This document shows positions 10,645 to 21,227 of a DNA stretch of 64,000 nt, one piece after another. The notes under the pieces are model-generated. The model saw only the letters and a list, made by a program, of their open reading frames with translations. It searched no databases and was not told where the DNA came from. Source of the DNA: an uncultured Aliarcobacter sp. (GTDB lineage: Bacteria > Campylobacterota > Campylobacteria > Campylobacterales > Arcobacteraceae); NCBI GenBank assembly GCA_963677435.1, contig OY781945.1, positions 224,001 through 288,000 on the forward strand, written 5' to 3'. The first letter of the stretch is position 1. Each line of letters begins with the position of its first letter. The position numbers and the translations under genes were made by a program.

Positions 10645-11631
10645 ATGAAAGCTTTTGTAGTTGAAAAAATTGGAGAAAATGAGTTTGTATCAGAAGTACA
10701 AGATATAAAAACTCCAAAATGTGAAGAGAATGAAGTTGTAATAAAAGTAACTTACTCTTCACTAAATTATAAAGATGCATTGAGCTCTATTGGAAATCCA
10801 GGAGTTACTAGAAATTTCCCACATGTTACAGGAATAGATGTAGCAGGAACTGTTTATGAATCAACTTCACCAATATTTAAAGTAGGTGAACGAGTTTTAG
10901 TAACTGGTTATGATATGGGAATGAATTCAGATGGAGGACATGCACAATTTGTAAAAATACCTGCATCTTGGGTTGCAAGAATTCCTGATTCAATTTCAGA
11001 TAAAGAGATTATGACTTTTGGAACAGCTGGATTAACAGCAGCACTAAGTGTAAATGAACTAATTGAAAATGGTATAAAACCTGAAAGTGGAGATATCTTA
11101 GTAACAGGTGCAACAGGTGGAGTAGGTTCAATTGCAATAGCCATTTTAAGTAAATTGGGTTATACAATAACTGCAATTTCAGGGAAAAAAGAGAGGGTTG
11201 AATTCTTAAAAAAAATTGGTGCAAATGAAGTAGTATCAAGAGAAGAGTTCGAAGTTGAGTCTACAAAACCAATGCTGAGTGAAAAATACTCTGGAGTAAT
11301 TGATACAGTAGGTGGAAAAATATTAGCTAATGCACTTAAACAAGTGAAATATGATGGAATAGTTACTTGTTGTGGACTTACTTCTTCTTTTGAATTAAAT
11401 ACAAATGTATTTCCATTTATTTTAAGAGGTGTAAGACTAATAGGAATTGATTCCGTTGAATGTAAATTAGAAAAGAAACAAGCTGCTTGGGAAAAACTAG
11501 CTAGTAGATGGAAAATAAACAGTCTTAATACAATAGTAAATGAGATTTCACTATATGAAATAAAATCTACTTATGAACTTTTATTATCAGGAAAAGCCGT
11601 AGGAAGATATGTAGTGAAAATAACAGAGTAG
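10645..11631 (+). CDS. YhdH/AcuI-family quinone or acryloyl-CoA reductase
   Basis: SSLNYKDAL, GTAGLTA, TGATGGVGS, PFILRGV. Confidence 0.9.
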   Translation: MKAFVVEKIGENEFVSEVQDIKTPKCEENEVVIKVTYSSLNYKDALSSIGNPGVTRNFPHVTGIDVAGTVYESTSPIFKVGERVLVTGYDMGMNSDGGHAQFVKIPASWVARIPDSISDKEIMTFGTAGLTAALSVNELIENGIKPESGDILVTGATGGVGSIAIAILSKLGYTITAISGKKERVEFLKKIGANEVVSREEFEVESTKPMLSEKYSGVIDTVGGKILANALKQVKYDGIVTCCGLTSSFELNTNVFPFILRGVRLIGIDSVECKLEKKQAAWEKLASRWKINSLNTIVNEISLYEIKSTYELLLSGKAVGRYVVKITE

Positions 11632-11639
11632 ATTAAAAC

Positions 11640-12122
11640 TTAATCTACTACAATCTCACCATTTTCTACTTGTAAACTATAAGGTGTATCCTTACCTGAA
11701 TATAGGATTTTAGCTTGTTCAACCCATTGGTTAGCTCTTGCAATACCTGGAAGTAATAAAAACTCTTCAATCCATTCAGAATTTTTATTTGACCATTTTG
11801 AAATTTGTTCAAAATGGTAAATTCCTAAATTATTCAAATCACTTTCAATTTTTTTATCTATACCTTTAATTTTTGTTAAGGCATCTTTACCAGATAACTT
11901 TGGACAACTTAAAATTAGTGGTTTAAAATCTAAAGTTGAATTCTTTTTAAATATAGGATTAATAGAGTGTTTTACTTTTTCATCTCTTGATTCATCGCAA
12001 TTATTATTCCTAATAGATTTAATTTTAGGAGAGTTATTTTTACCAACTAGATAACCTATAATAAATCCTATAATTACAGCAAGCAACAAATTCACAACAA
12101 TTAATGATGCAATTTCAAACAT
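11640..12122 (-). CDS. Membrane-anchored protein with C-terminal helix-hairpin-helix (NuoE-C-terminal-like) domain
   Basis: N-terminal TM; DALTKIKGI...LNNLGIYHFEQISKW...WVEQAK. Confidence 0.7.
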   Translation of the reverse strand: MFEIASLIVVNLLLAVIIGFIIGYLVGKNNSPKIKSIRNNNCDESRDEKVKHSINPIFKKNSTLDFKPLILSCPKLSGKDALTKIKGIDKKIESDLNNLGIYHFEQISKWSNKNSEWIEEFLLLPGIARANQWVEQAKILYSGKDTPYSLQVENGEIVVD

Positions 12123-12124
12123 TT

Positions 12125-13147
12125 TTATTCTCCAATAATATTAAATTCAACTCTTCTGTTAATTTCAGATAATCCATTTTCATCATCTTTAACAAGGGGA
12201 AACTCTTCTCCATAACCAACAGCTGTTAAACGGTCAGCTGATACACCAAGAGATACTAAAACATCTTTAACACTATTTGCTCTTTTTTGTGAAATTTGCT
12301 TATTTAATGCATTTTCACCTCTTGAATCAGTATATCCAGCAATTTCAATTTTAATATTCTGGTTATCTTTTAGTATTTGCGAAATTTTAGTTAAGGTAGA
12401 ATAAGAATCCTCAGTAACTGTAGTACTTCTTCTTTCAAATGTAATCTTTTTATCTGATAAGAGTTTATTAATATTTACTTGTAACTCTTGTTTATTAATA
12501 GTTTTTTTAGTATCTGTACTAGAAACTTTATCATTTGATACTTCACTAGAAATAGAGGTATTATTCTCAAGAGTAGTTGATTCACTTACTAAAGTAGGAT
12601 TTGATATTTTTATATCTTCTGTTATATTAATATTTAATCTTGAGATCATTGATTCTAATAAAGAAGAATAATTTGGATCTTTTAATTCACCAGATAAGAA
12701 AACTTCATTATTAATAATTGATAATTTTGCTCCATCTTCAAAAAAATCTTTTAAAGGTGTTATTAAATTAGCAATTTTACTTACTAAATCTTCATCTATT
12801 ACTATATCTTCTTCATAAGTATATTCACCATCACGATTAATATTTAAAATATCAGATATTATTTTTGTATCTTTTTCACTAGAAAAAATACCATCCATAA
12901 CAAGCATTCCATCCTTTTTTGTTAAGACAAAACTAAAAGGCTTAGTTTGCTTATCATCTGAAGAATCAAACATATTAATAATTTTATCAACAAAGCCTAT
13001 TTCAAAAACTTTATTTTGCTTTTTATCAGAATTTAAAACTACTGTTTTCTCATTTAAAGCTGAATCATAATCAAATGTATAAACGGAATATACTATAAAT
13101 CCAAGTAATAAAACTACTAAGAAAACTACCTTTTTGACAAGAGACAT
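12125..13147 (-). CDS. OmpA-family peptidoglycan-binding membrane protein
   Basis: N-terminal TM; GYTDSRG...NKQISQKRA...GYGE...NRRVEF; start at 13147 or 13153. Confidence 0.85.
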   Translation of the reverse strand: MSLVKKVVFLVVLLLGFIVYSVYTFDYDSALNEKTVVLNSDKKQNKVFEIGFVDKIINMFDSSDDKQTKPFSFVLTKKDGMLVMDGIFSSEKDTKIISDILNINRDGEYTYEEDIVIDEDLVSKIANLITPLKDFFEDGAKLSIINNEVFLSGELKDPNYSSLLESMISRLNINITEDIKISNPTLVSESTTLENNTSISSEVSNDKVSSTDTKKTINKQELQVNINKLLSDKKITFERRSTTVTEDSYSTLTKISQILKDNQNIKIEIAGYTDSRGENALNKQISQKRANSVKDVLVSLGVSADRLTAVGYGEEFPLVKDDENGLSEINRRVEFNIIGE

Positions 13148-13324
13148 CACCATCCTTTTATATAACTATTTTTATTATATTTATTACTTGCTAACTATTG
13201 ATTTAAAATTCATTATTATACATTATAAGTGAAAAAATAACTAGAATTTTAGTTGATATATTGAAATTAATTTAATAAATTAATTAATTTGTTATAATTA
13301 CATAGAAAACAAAAAGAGTATAAA

Positions 13325-14542
13325 ATGCAACACATCATAAATTCAGCTCAAACTTGTCTAGATTGTAAAAAGCCTAAATGTCAAACAGGCTGTCCAGTTA
13401 GCACCCCAATTGCAGAAATGATTAGACTTTTTTTAAGTGGAAATATCAAAGATGCAGGGGAATTAGTATTTAATAATAATCCTTTATCTATTGTTTGTTC
13501 TTTAGTTTGTCCACATGAAAAACATTGTGAAGGACATTGTGTTTTAAATAAAAAATCAACTCCTGTGAATGTGGGTGGAATTGAGAATTATATTTCTACA
13601 TATTATATGAATTATAGAGAGTTTGAAAAAGCACCTCAAAATGGTAGAAATTTAGCAATCATTGGTTCAGGACCAGCAGGAATTAGTCTTGCAATGATAA
13701 TGGCTTTAAAAGGTTACAATGTAACTATGTACGAAGGTAATAATCAAATTGGTGGTGTTTTAAGATATGGTATTCCAGATTTTAGACTTGACAAAACTAT
13801 TTTGGACACAATAGAAGATAAACTAAAAAAAGTTGGTGTTAAAATTAGAAAAAATATCATGATAGGTAAAAACATAACCCTAGATGATTTACAAAGAGAT
13901 GGTTTTGATGCAATATTTATAGGAACAGGAGTTTGGGCTCCAAAGAAACTTGGAATAAAAGGTGAAAGTCTTGGAAATGTTCACTTTGCAATTGATTATC
14001 TAAAAACTCCAAAAGCTTATGATTTAGGTAAAAAAGTTGTTGTAATTGGTGCTGGAAATGTTGCTATGGATGTTGCAAGAACTGCCATAAGAAATGGTGC
14101 AAATGATGTTTCACTAATGTATAGAAAAGGGGAAGAAGATATGCATGCAGAAAAAATGGAAATAGATCATGCAAAAATAGATGGTGTAAAATTTAATCTT
14201 CACAAATTACCTTTAGAATTGACAGAAAAAGGTATTAGATATATGACAACAAACCAAGAAATAGACAGAGAAAGTTTTGAAGAAGCTGATTCTATTTTAA
14301 TTGCTATTAGTCAAACAGCAAGGGATTTAATCGTAAGAAACAATACGGGATTATCTTTAGGTGAAAATGGACTACTTCAAAGTGATGAAAATGGAATAAC
14401 AGCTAGAAAAGGTGTATTTGCTTCGGGGGATGTGGTTACAGGTGCTAGAACTGTTGTAGAAGCCGTTGCATTCTCTAAAAGAGTTGCTGTATCTATTGAA
14501 GAGTTTATTTCTAAACTTCCACCCAAAACAGTAGCTTCTTAA
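13325..14542 (+). CDS. Stand-alone GltD/SudA-like Fe-S flavoprotein NAD(P)H oxidoreductase
   Basis: CLDC...CQTGCP, VCP...CEGHC, GSGPAG, YGIP, GAGNVAMD; no gltB adjacent. Confidence 0.85.
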   Translation: MQHIINSAQTCLDCKKPKCQTGCPVSTPIAEMIRLFLSGNIKDAGELVFNNNPLSIVCSLVCPHEKHCEGHCVLNKKSTPVNVGGIENYISTYYMNYREFEKAPQNGRNLAIIGSGPAGISLAMIMALKGYNVTMYEGNNQIGGVLRYGIPDFRLDKTILDTIEDKLKKVGVKIRKNIMIGKNITLDDLQRDGFDAIFIGTGVWAPKKLGIKGESLGNVHFAIDYLKTPKAYDLGKKVVVIGAGNVAMDVARTAIRNGANDVSLMYRKGEEDMHAEKMEIDHAKIDGVKFNLHKLPLELTEKGIRYMTTNQEIDRESFEEADSILIAISQTARDLIVRNNTGLSLGENGLLQSDENGITARKGVFASGDVVTGARTVVEAVAFSKRVAVSIEEFISKLPPKTVAS

Positions 14543-14799
14543 GCTTCTGTTTTTAAAAGTTCTATCCAGAAATATTTGTTCGCATTTCCTTTTTCAACTG
14601 GTTTCCAACCATAAGTTACAGAGTGTAAATATAAAATATCATTTAATATTTTAAAAGTTATCTCTTTAGATACATTTTTACCTAGAACTTCTGTAAAAAT
14701 TGCATAAATATGATTTTCATCTTCTTCAATTTTATAAATTCCATCTTCTAAATTTTCAAATTGAATATTTATAAACTCTTTAATTCTATCTTTTGACAT
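14539..14799 (-). CDS. Hypothetical protein
   Basis: 86-aa ORF with AAGGA RBS. Confidence 0.7.
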   Translation of the reverse strand: MSKDRIKEFINIQFENLEDGIYKIEEDENHIYAIFTEVLGKNVSKEITFKILNDILYLHSVTYGWKPVEKGNANKYFWIELLKTEA

Positions 14800-14864
14800 A
14801 ATAATCCTTTTAATTTTGAAGTTCGTATTCTAGGATTTTAAAGCTTACAAAACATAAACTAGTA

Positions 14865-14906
14865 TTGATTTGTATCAATGTATCACATCTGTTAAAACCA
14901 TATAAT
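14865..14906 (+). promoter_or_regulatory. Crp/Fnr-family box plus -10 of the hcp promoter
   Basis: TTGATttgtATCAA at 14865-14878; TATAAT at 14901-14906 places the box centre at about -41.5. Confidence 0.8.
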
Positions 14907-14935
14907 CTCTCAAAAATTTAAAAGGATGTTATATT

Positions 14936-16261
14936 ATGAGTATGTTTTGTTATCAATGTGAAATGAGTCAAAAAGGTGGATGTGGAAGCAGTGGTGCAGT
15001 TGTAGGAACTTGCGGGAAAGATGAAAATTTATCAAGATTACAAGATATTATGATTTTTGGTTTAAAAGGTCTTAGTGCATATAGAGAGCATTTAAATACT
15101 TTTAAACCAGAACTTACAAAAGAGATTGATGATGTTATGAGTGAAACTCTTTATTTCACACTTACAAATGTAAACTTCAACTTCAACGACCATATCAATC
15201 AACTAATGAAAATAGGACGAGCTGGAAGTTTAGTAATGGATAGATTATCAAATACTCACACGAACAAATTTGGTATTCCAACTCCTGTAACTGTATCTCA
15301 AAATAAAGTTGAAGGAAAAGCTATCTTAGTTTCTGGACATGATTTAGAGATGTTTGAGCGATTGTTAATAGCAACGCAAGATAAAGGAATCAATATTTAT
15401 ACACACTCTGAAATGTTACCAGCTCATGGTTATCCAGAACTTAGAAAATATAAACACCTAAAAGGAAATGTAGGAAAAGCATGGTTTGACCAAGCAAAAC
15501 TAATGGAAAAATTCCCTGGAACTTTTGTTGTAAATACAAATTGTATTGTTCCTCCAAAGAAAAATTGTGGATATTTAGATAGATTATTCACTTACAAAAT
15601 TGTAGGTGTTGAGGGTTCAACTCCAATTGTTGATGATAACTTTGATGCTTTAATCAAAAGAACTTTAGAGTGCGAAGATGCAAATGGAATTGATTTTAAT
15701 GAAGATACAACATTAACAACTGGTCATCATTATAAAACAGTTTTAACTTTAGCTCCACAAATTTTAAAAGCTTTAGAAGAGGGGAAAATTAAACAATTCT
15801 TCGTAGTTGCTGGTTGTGATGCACCAGGGAAAGGTGGAGAATATTATAGAGAATTAACTTCATCTTTACCAAAAGATTGTGTAATCATCACTTCATCTTG
15901 TGGAAAATTTAGATTCAATGATATTGATTTTGGAGAAATTGAAGGAACTGGAATTCCTAGATATTTAGACTTAGGTCAATGTAATGACTCAAATGGTGCA
16001 GTTGAAATTGCAAAAGCTTTAAGCGGAGCATTAAACACTCCAATCAATGATTTACCAATATCAATTGTATTATCGTGGATGGAACAAAAAGCCGTGATTG
16101 TTTTACTTGCTTTATTCTCTTTAGGTGTACAAAATATCTATTTAGGACCAAAACCTCCGCAATTTGTAAATGAAGATATTTTCAACTTCTTAGCTGAAAA
16201 CTTCAATCTAACACTTACAACAAATGCAAAAGATGATTTAGCAAAACTTCTAATAGCATAA
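14936..16261 (+). CDS. hcp: Hybrid cluster protein (hydroxylamine/NO reductase), short form
   Basis: MFCYQCE, SGHDL, YTHSEMLPAH, GCD, DLGQCND, LSWMEQKA. Confidence 0.95.
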   Translation: MSMFCYQCEMSQKGGCGSSGAVVGTCGKDENLSRLQDIMIFGLKGLSAYREHLNTFKPELTKEIDDVMSETLYFTLTNVNFNFNDHINQLMKIGRAGSLVMDRLSNTHTNKFGIPTPVTVSQNKVEGKAILVSGHDLEMFERLLIATQDKGINIYTHSEMLPAHGYPELRKYKHLKGNVGKAWFDQAKLMEKFPGTFVVNTNCIVPPKKNCGYLDRLFTYKIVGVEGSTPIVDDNFDALIKRTLECEDANGIDFNEDTTLTTGHHYKTVLTLAPQILKALEEGKIKQFFVVAGCDAPGKGGEYYRELTSSLPKDCVIITSSCGKFRFNDIDFGEIEGTGIPRYLDLGQCNDSNGAVEIAKALSGALNTPINDLPISIVLSWMEQKAVIVLLALFSLGVQNIYLGPKPPQFVNEDIFNFLAENFNLTLTTNAKDDLAKLLIA

Positions 16262-16288
16262 AATAAAGGGAATAATTTCCCTTTATTT
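16261..16288. terminator. Bidirectional terminator between hcp and the CYTH gene
   Basis: AAATAAAGGGAA-taat-TTCCCTTTATTT. Confidence 0.75.
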
Positions 16289-16753
16289 TTGCCAATCTTT
16301 AAATGGATGTTTCATAAGATTTGAGTTGTAATATCTAGCATCAGAGCTTACTTCTTCTTTTACCCAAGAAGGTAAAATTATAGTTTCATCTTCGCTACTT
16401 AGTTCAACTTCAACAACTACTAAACCCTCATTATCACCATAAAAAATATCTAGTTCCCAAGTGTGATTTTCATAATCTATCAAATATCTTGTTTTATCAA
16501 TCACTGGTTTTTGACATAATTTATCTAACATCTCATTTGCTTCATCTAAAGGAATTTCATATTCAAACTCTAATCTTGTAACTCCAATATTTGAGCCTTT
16601 TATAGTTAGATATGCTTTATCATTTTTAACTCGAACTCTTACAACTGCCTCTTTATTTGTTGAAAGATAAGCTTGTTTTATTCTAATTCCATTTTCTAAA
16701 GTGCCAAGTTTTTCTAAATCTACAAGATATTTTCTTTCTATTTCTAAAGCCAT
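16283..16753 (-). CDS. CYTH-domain protein
   Basis: EIERKY, RVRV, EFEY, EVEL. Confidence 0.92.
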   Translation of the reverse strand: MALEIERKYLVDLEKLGTLENGIRIKQAYLSTNKEAVVRVRVKNDKAYLTIKGSNIGVTRLEFEYEIPLDEANEMLDKLCQKPVIDKTRYLIDYENHTWELDIFYGDNEGLVVVEVELSSEDETIILPSWVKEEVSSDARYYNSNLMKHPFKDWQK

Positions 16754-16838
16754 AACTTACCTTTTTTATATTTTATTAATTCTATCAAAACAATTTAATA
16801 TATTTAATTTTGTGCTAAAATTTAAAAAAGGAGTTACG

Positions 16839-17327
16839 ATGAGAAAGATAATTTTAACCCTTGCCTTTATAGGCTTTATATTTGCAAATGAATTACCAGA
16901 AGAGTTTGATAGAGAGATGTATACAAATGGTGAAAAAGTTTTTGAGAATAAGTGTATGCAATGCCATGAAAAATCAATGCCAATTCCACTTCTAATGAAA
17001 AATTTCATAGAAGAAAATAACCAAACTTTAAAACTAAAAGCCCCAACTGGAAATGAAATCTCTTTTAGACTAAAACAGCAAATTGGAAGTAAAGATGATA
17101 TAGAATTCCATCTTATGCAAACCACAGCTTTTGTAAAAGATTATATTATTAATCCAAATAAAGCTAAAACAATCTGTCTTGAAGGTGTAATAAGACACTT
17201 TGATACAATGCCCTCAATGAAAGGTAAAATTGATAATACTCAAATAGAAGAGGTTTCTCACTTTTTATACTTTTTAGAGGGATTTAATGGTGTTAATGAG
17301 TTTTATTTTGATGAAACAAAATTTTAA
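16839..17327 (+). CDS. Monoheme cytochrome c
   Basis: Signal peptide, CMQCH, distal MP; start reset to ATG 16839 after AAGGAG. Confidence 0.85.
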   Translation: MRKIILTLAFIGFIFANELPEEFDREMYTNGEKVFENKCMQCHEKSMPIPLLMKNFIEENNQTLKLKAPTGNEISFRLKQQIGSKDDIEFHLMQTTAFVKDYIINPNKAKTICLEGVIRHFDTMPSMKGKIDNTQIEEVSHFLYFLEGFNGVNEFYFDETKF

Positions 17328-17342
17328 AAAAGGAAATATTTT

Positions 17343-18071
17343 ATGAAAAAGTTTATTTTAACAATGTTATCACTAGTAAGTATATCTTTTGCAAATGGTG
17401 ATGTTACTTACAATATAGATGGAAAAGAGTATCAGGGATATTATAGTCCTGTTTCAAAAACTGCACCACTTGTTTTTATGGTACATGATTGGGATGGAAT
17501 TACTGATTATGAAATAAAAAGAACAAAAATGTTAAATGAATTAGGTTATTCAGTTTTTGCAGTTGATTTATATGGAAAAGGTATAAGACCAACAGAACTT
17601 GAAGATAAAAAAGCCTTAACAAAATCTCTATATTCAAATAGAGAAGAAATGAGAAAAAGATTAAATGCAGGATTTGAAGAAGCAAAAAAATTAGGTGCAA
17701 ATGTGTCAAATACACTTGGAATGGGCTATTGTTTTGGAGGAAGTGCAATTCTTGAAATGGCAAGAAGTGGAGCTAATATGAAAGCTTTTGTTCCTTTTCA
17801 TGGAAACTTAGCAACGCCTGAGGGTGAAGATTATAAAAATACAAAAGGTAAAATCGTAGTATTTCACGGAACTGCAGATACAGTTGTACCCTTTAGCGAA
17901 TTTGCTTCTTTAGCTGTTGAGCTTGAAAAAACAGGAATAAATCATGAAATGACAACTTATAGTGGCGCACCTCATGCTTTTACAGTTTTTGGAGCACCAA
18001 GTTATAGGGAAGATGCAGATAAAAAATCTTGGAAAAGATTTACAGAAGTTTTAGAAGAAACATTAAAATAA
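17343..18071 (+). CDS. Dienelactone hydrolase family protein, exported
   Basis: HDWDG, GYCFGG, HGTAD, HAF. Confidence 0.9.
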   Translation: MKKFILTMLSLVSISFANGDVTYNIDGKEYQGYYSPVSKTAPLVFMVHDWDGITDYEIKRTKMLNELGYSVFAVDLYGKGIRPTELEDKKALTKSLYSNREEMRKRLNAGFEEAKKLGANVSNTLGMGYCFGGSAILEMARSGANMKAFVPFHGNLATPEGEDYKNTKGKIVVFHGTADTVVPFSEFASLAVELEKTGINHEMTTYSGAPHAFTVFGAPSYREDADKKSWKRFTEVLEETLK

Positions 18072-18079
18072 ATAAACAA

Positions 18080-19786
18080 ATGATAAAAAGAACGATACTA
18101 ATTTTATTTATTTTTTTAATAACTTTAAATGCAAATGATATTATTGAATTAAATAATAATGCGGTATCGTACTCTAATTTTAATATACAAGAATATGAAG
18201 ATAAATCAGAAAACTTAACTATCCGAGATATACAAGCTCTAAAAGATTTCAAATCAGTTAAAAATAAAATAAGTAAAGGATATACAAATTCCACATTTTG
18301 GTATAAATTAACTATTGTTAATAAAAAAAGTAACGATGAAATAATCTATTTAAAAATGTCAGAATCTTATCTTGACAAAGTTGAAAGTTATATTGAAGTT
18401 AATTCTAACATCACACAAGTAGACAATAAATCTTTTTCTAATAAGCCAATAATTCCTATTAAATTAGAAAAAGATGAAAGTAAAATAATATACATAAAGA
18501 TAAATACAATATATCCATTATTCGTCTCTTTTGATTTATTTGATAAGAACTCTTTGGATAAATCTATGTATGATTATAATATATTTTATGCTTTCATTTA
18601 TGGAGCAATTATTGCTTTAATACTCTATAACTTAGTTATATTTTTATATAGTAAAGATATTGCTTATTTATATTATGTTCTTTATGTTTCTTCTTTTTTG
18701 GTTTGGCAAATTATAATGAATGATATTCCTCCAATAGATAAATATATAAATAAGAATAACTTTTATATTCTCTCATCTTCTATACCATTGATAGTTTTAT
18801 TTATGATTTTATTTTCTAGATCTATTTTAGATACAAAAATTTATTTACCAAAACTTGATAAAATTTTAAGCTATTTATCTATAGTTTATGGACTTTTAAC
18901 ACTATCATCAATTTATGATTTTAAAAATACAATACCAATTACCAATTTATTTATATCATTTACTTTGCCATTTTTACTTTTTATAGGATTAAAAAGTTTA
19001 TACCTTAAAAATAAAACTGCAAAGTTTTACCTTATAGCTCAAATTCCTTATATGAGTTTATCAACAGTTTTTGCAGTAGCTGCATATGGTTATCTTGATT
19101 ATAATCTTTTTACAAGACATGGATTAGCTATTGGCTCTTTATTTGAAATCATTTTATTTTCATTGGCATTAGCCTATAGAATAAAGATTTTAGAAATGGA
19201 AAAATTAACAATCCTTGAAGAATCAAAAAATCAATTAGAACTTAAAATACAAGAAAGAACCAAAGAGCTTGAAGAATCAAAAGAAAAACTTAAATATCTT
19301 GCAAATACCGACCCATTATCTGGATTGCATAATAGAAGATATTTATATGAAACGGCTAAAAGATTAATCTCCATTTCAAAAAGAGAAAATAAACCTCTTT
19401 GTTTAATACTTTTTGATATAGATAATTTTAAAATCATAAATGATACCTATGGACATAATATTGGAGATATGGCTATAAAAGATTTTTCAGAACAATTAAA
19501 ACAGCATAGACAATCTGATATTGCTGCTCGTATTGGAGGGGAAGAGTTTGTTTTATTACTTCCAAATACTACAAAAGAACAAGCTTTTATTCTAGCATCA
19601 AAAATCAAAGAAGAAAGAGAAACAAAGGCTTTTTCAAACTCAAATATAAACTTATACTTCACAGTAAGTGGTGGAATTAGTGCATTAAAAGAAGAGGATA
19701 AAAGCATTGAAGATATTATCTCAAGAGCTGATGAAGCTCTATATTATGCAAAGAATCATGGAAGAAATCAAATTAAAAGTAACTAA
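18080..19786 (+). CDS. 7TM-DISM diguanylate cyclase
   Basis: Periplasmic domain, 7 TM, DIDNFK, RQSD I-site, GGEEF; start probably 18080. Confidence 0.9.
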   Translation: MIKRTILILFIFLITLNANDIIELNNNAVSYSNFNIQEYEDKSENLTIRDIQALKDFKSVKNKISKGYTNSTFWYKLTIVNKKSNDEIIYLKMSESYLDKVESYIEVNSNITQVDNKSFSNKPIIPIKLEKDESKIIYIKINTIYPLFVSFDLFDKNSLDKSMYDYNIFYAFIYGAIIALILYNLVIFLYSKDIAYLYYVLYVSSFLVWQIIMNDIPPIDKYINKNNFYILSSSIPLIVLFMILFSRSILDTKIYLPKLDKILSYLSIVYGLLTLSSIYDFKNTIPITNLFISFTLPFLLFIGLKSLYLKNKTAKFYLIAQIPYMSLSTVFAVAAYGYLDYNLFTRHGLAIGSLFEIILFSLALAYRIKILEMEKLTILEESKNQLELKIQERTKELEESKEKLKYLANTDPLSGLHNRRYLYETAKRLISISKRENKPLCLILFDIDNFKIINDTYGHNIGDMAIKDFSEQLKQHRQSDIAARIGGEEFVLLLPNTTKEQAFILASKIKEERETKAFSNSNINLYFTVSGGISALKEEDKSIEDIISRADEALYYAKNHGRNQIKSN

Positions 19787-20187
19787 AAGTTAATATCTTT
19801 AGAAGTTTTATAATTTGATAGTTCAATCAAATTTTTATCAGGATCTCGAAAATAAATTGATTCAATTTCTCCAAGAGCACCAGTTCTACTTACGATTCCC
19901 TCTTCAATAGAAATACCTAAACTCTCAATATAATTTTTTGCTTCAACTAAAGGGGTATCAATTATAAAACATAAGTCAGCACTACCAACTTTTACATTAA
20001 AAGCTTTTGGTTCAAATTCATGTCCTAATTCATGAAGATTTATTTTTGCATTTCCAAATTTCAAAGCAATTCTTGAACCTTTAAAAACTTCTTTTTCCAT
20101 ACCTAAGATTTTGGTATAAAACTCAACAGTAGCAGTTATATCTTTTACTGTTAATACAAAATGGTCTAATCTATTAATTTTAATCAT
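19783..20187 (-). CDS. VOC/glyoxalase-family protein
   Basis: LDHFVLTV, SIYFRDPDKNLIE. Confidence 0.9.
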   Translation of the reverse strand: MIKINRLDHFVLTVKDITATVEFYTKILGMEKEVFKGSRIALKFGNAKINLHELGHEFEPKAFNVKVGSADLCFIIDTPLVEAKNYIESLGISIEEGIVSRTGALGEIESIYFRDPDKNLIELSNYKTSKDINF

Positions 20188-20205
20188 AAAAAATTATAAC
20201 AAATT

Positions 20206-21090
20206 TTAGACATATTGTATTGGCAAATAATATGTTGCTTCAAAAGTTCTATCTTCATTTAAAAAGTGATTCTTTTTAAATATTACATAAGGGGGATTAG
20301 TTGTTGTTTCAAAACCACTCTTTGGAAGCCACTCTTGATATGCCCATTGGATAAATCTAAGAATATCTCCCGTCTCTCCTTTTATCTCAAAAGTTGCATA
20401 TAAAGCCTCAGGAGTGTCAAAAATGGGAAGACTTGTATTTGATAAATCCACATCACCTTTTGGAATAATACCTGCCACATAAAAACACTCACTATGTGGC
20501 GTTATAGTTGGATTATCATGATAAATACCTATCTCTTCATATTTTGTAATATTGTTTGTATAAACCCAAGCTTGAAGTTTTTGCCATACTCTTGTAACTT
20601 CTTCTTTTAAATAACCCCTTTGTCTTATGTAATAAGTTCGTAGAGGTTTCGATTTTATGATTTTTGGTTCTATATTTTCAAAATCTTTTTTCTCATAATA
20701 AGCCATATTAGAGTTTCTTAAAATATTAGTTGAATACTCTTCATATCCTCCATTTCTCCACACTTTTGGTGTTTGATTAAACCTTTCTTTAAATGCTCTA
20801 ATAAATGAAGTTTGAGAACTATATCCACACATTGAAGCTATTTGAGTGATGGTTGAATATTTATTTGTAAGAAGTAAACTTGAAGCTTTTTGAAGTCGTA
20901 TTGATTTTATTGTTTCATAAATATTTATTCCCATAATATCTTTAAAAAGTTTGTGTAAATGAAACTTACTAATACCAAAATTTAAAGCTAATTCATCTAT
21001 ATTTATATCTGTATCTATGTATTCATAAATATAATACATTGTGTCATTTGCTATTTGTACATTTTTGTTATAAGTAGTTCTTTTTTGCAT
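20206..21090 (-). CDS. AraC-family regulator with GyrI-like effector domain
   Basis: N-terminal double HTH (CGYSSQTSFIRAFK), C-terminal YHDNP...WLPKSG. Confidence 0.9.
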   Translation of the reverse strand: MQKRTTYNKNVQIANDTMYYIYEYIDTDINIDELALNFGISKFHLHKLFKDIMGINIYETIKSIRLQKASSLLLTNKYSTITQIASMCGYSSQTSFIRAFKERFNQTPKVWRNGGYEEYSTNILRNSNMAYYEKKDFENIEPKIIKSKPLRTYYIRQRGYLKEEVTRVWQKLQAWVYTNNITKYEEIGIYHDNPTITPHSECFYVAGIIPKGDVDLSNTSLPIFDTPEALYATFEIKGETGDILRFIQWAYQEWLPKSGFETTTNPPYVIFKKNHFLNEDRTFEATYYLPIQYV

Positions 21091-21227
21091 AATAATCCTT
21101 ATTAGTCATAAGTTTAACATATTTAGGCATATTTTTTAAACAATAATAGATAACTTTTAAACCAATATATGTAAAGAATAAAAAAAAATTAAAAGATAGA
21201 ATTCATAAAAATTAAAAAGGAGTTAAA

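Noticed and set aside
14525..14553. Inverted repeat across the overlapping stops of two convergent genes
   Set aside because: Explained as an ordinary bidirectional terminator
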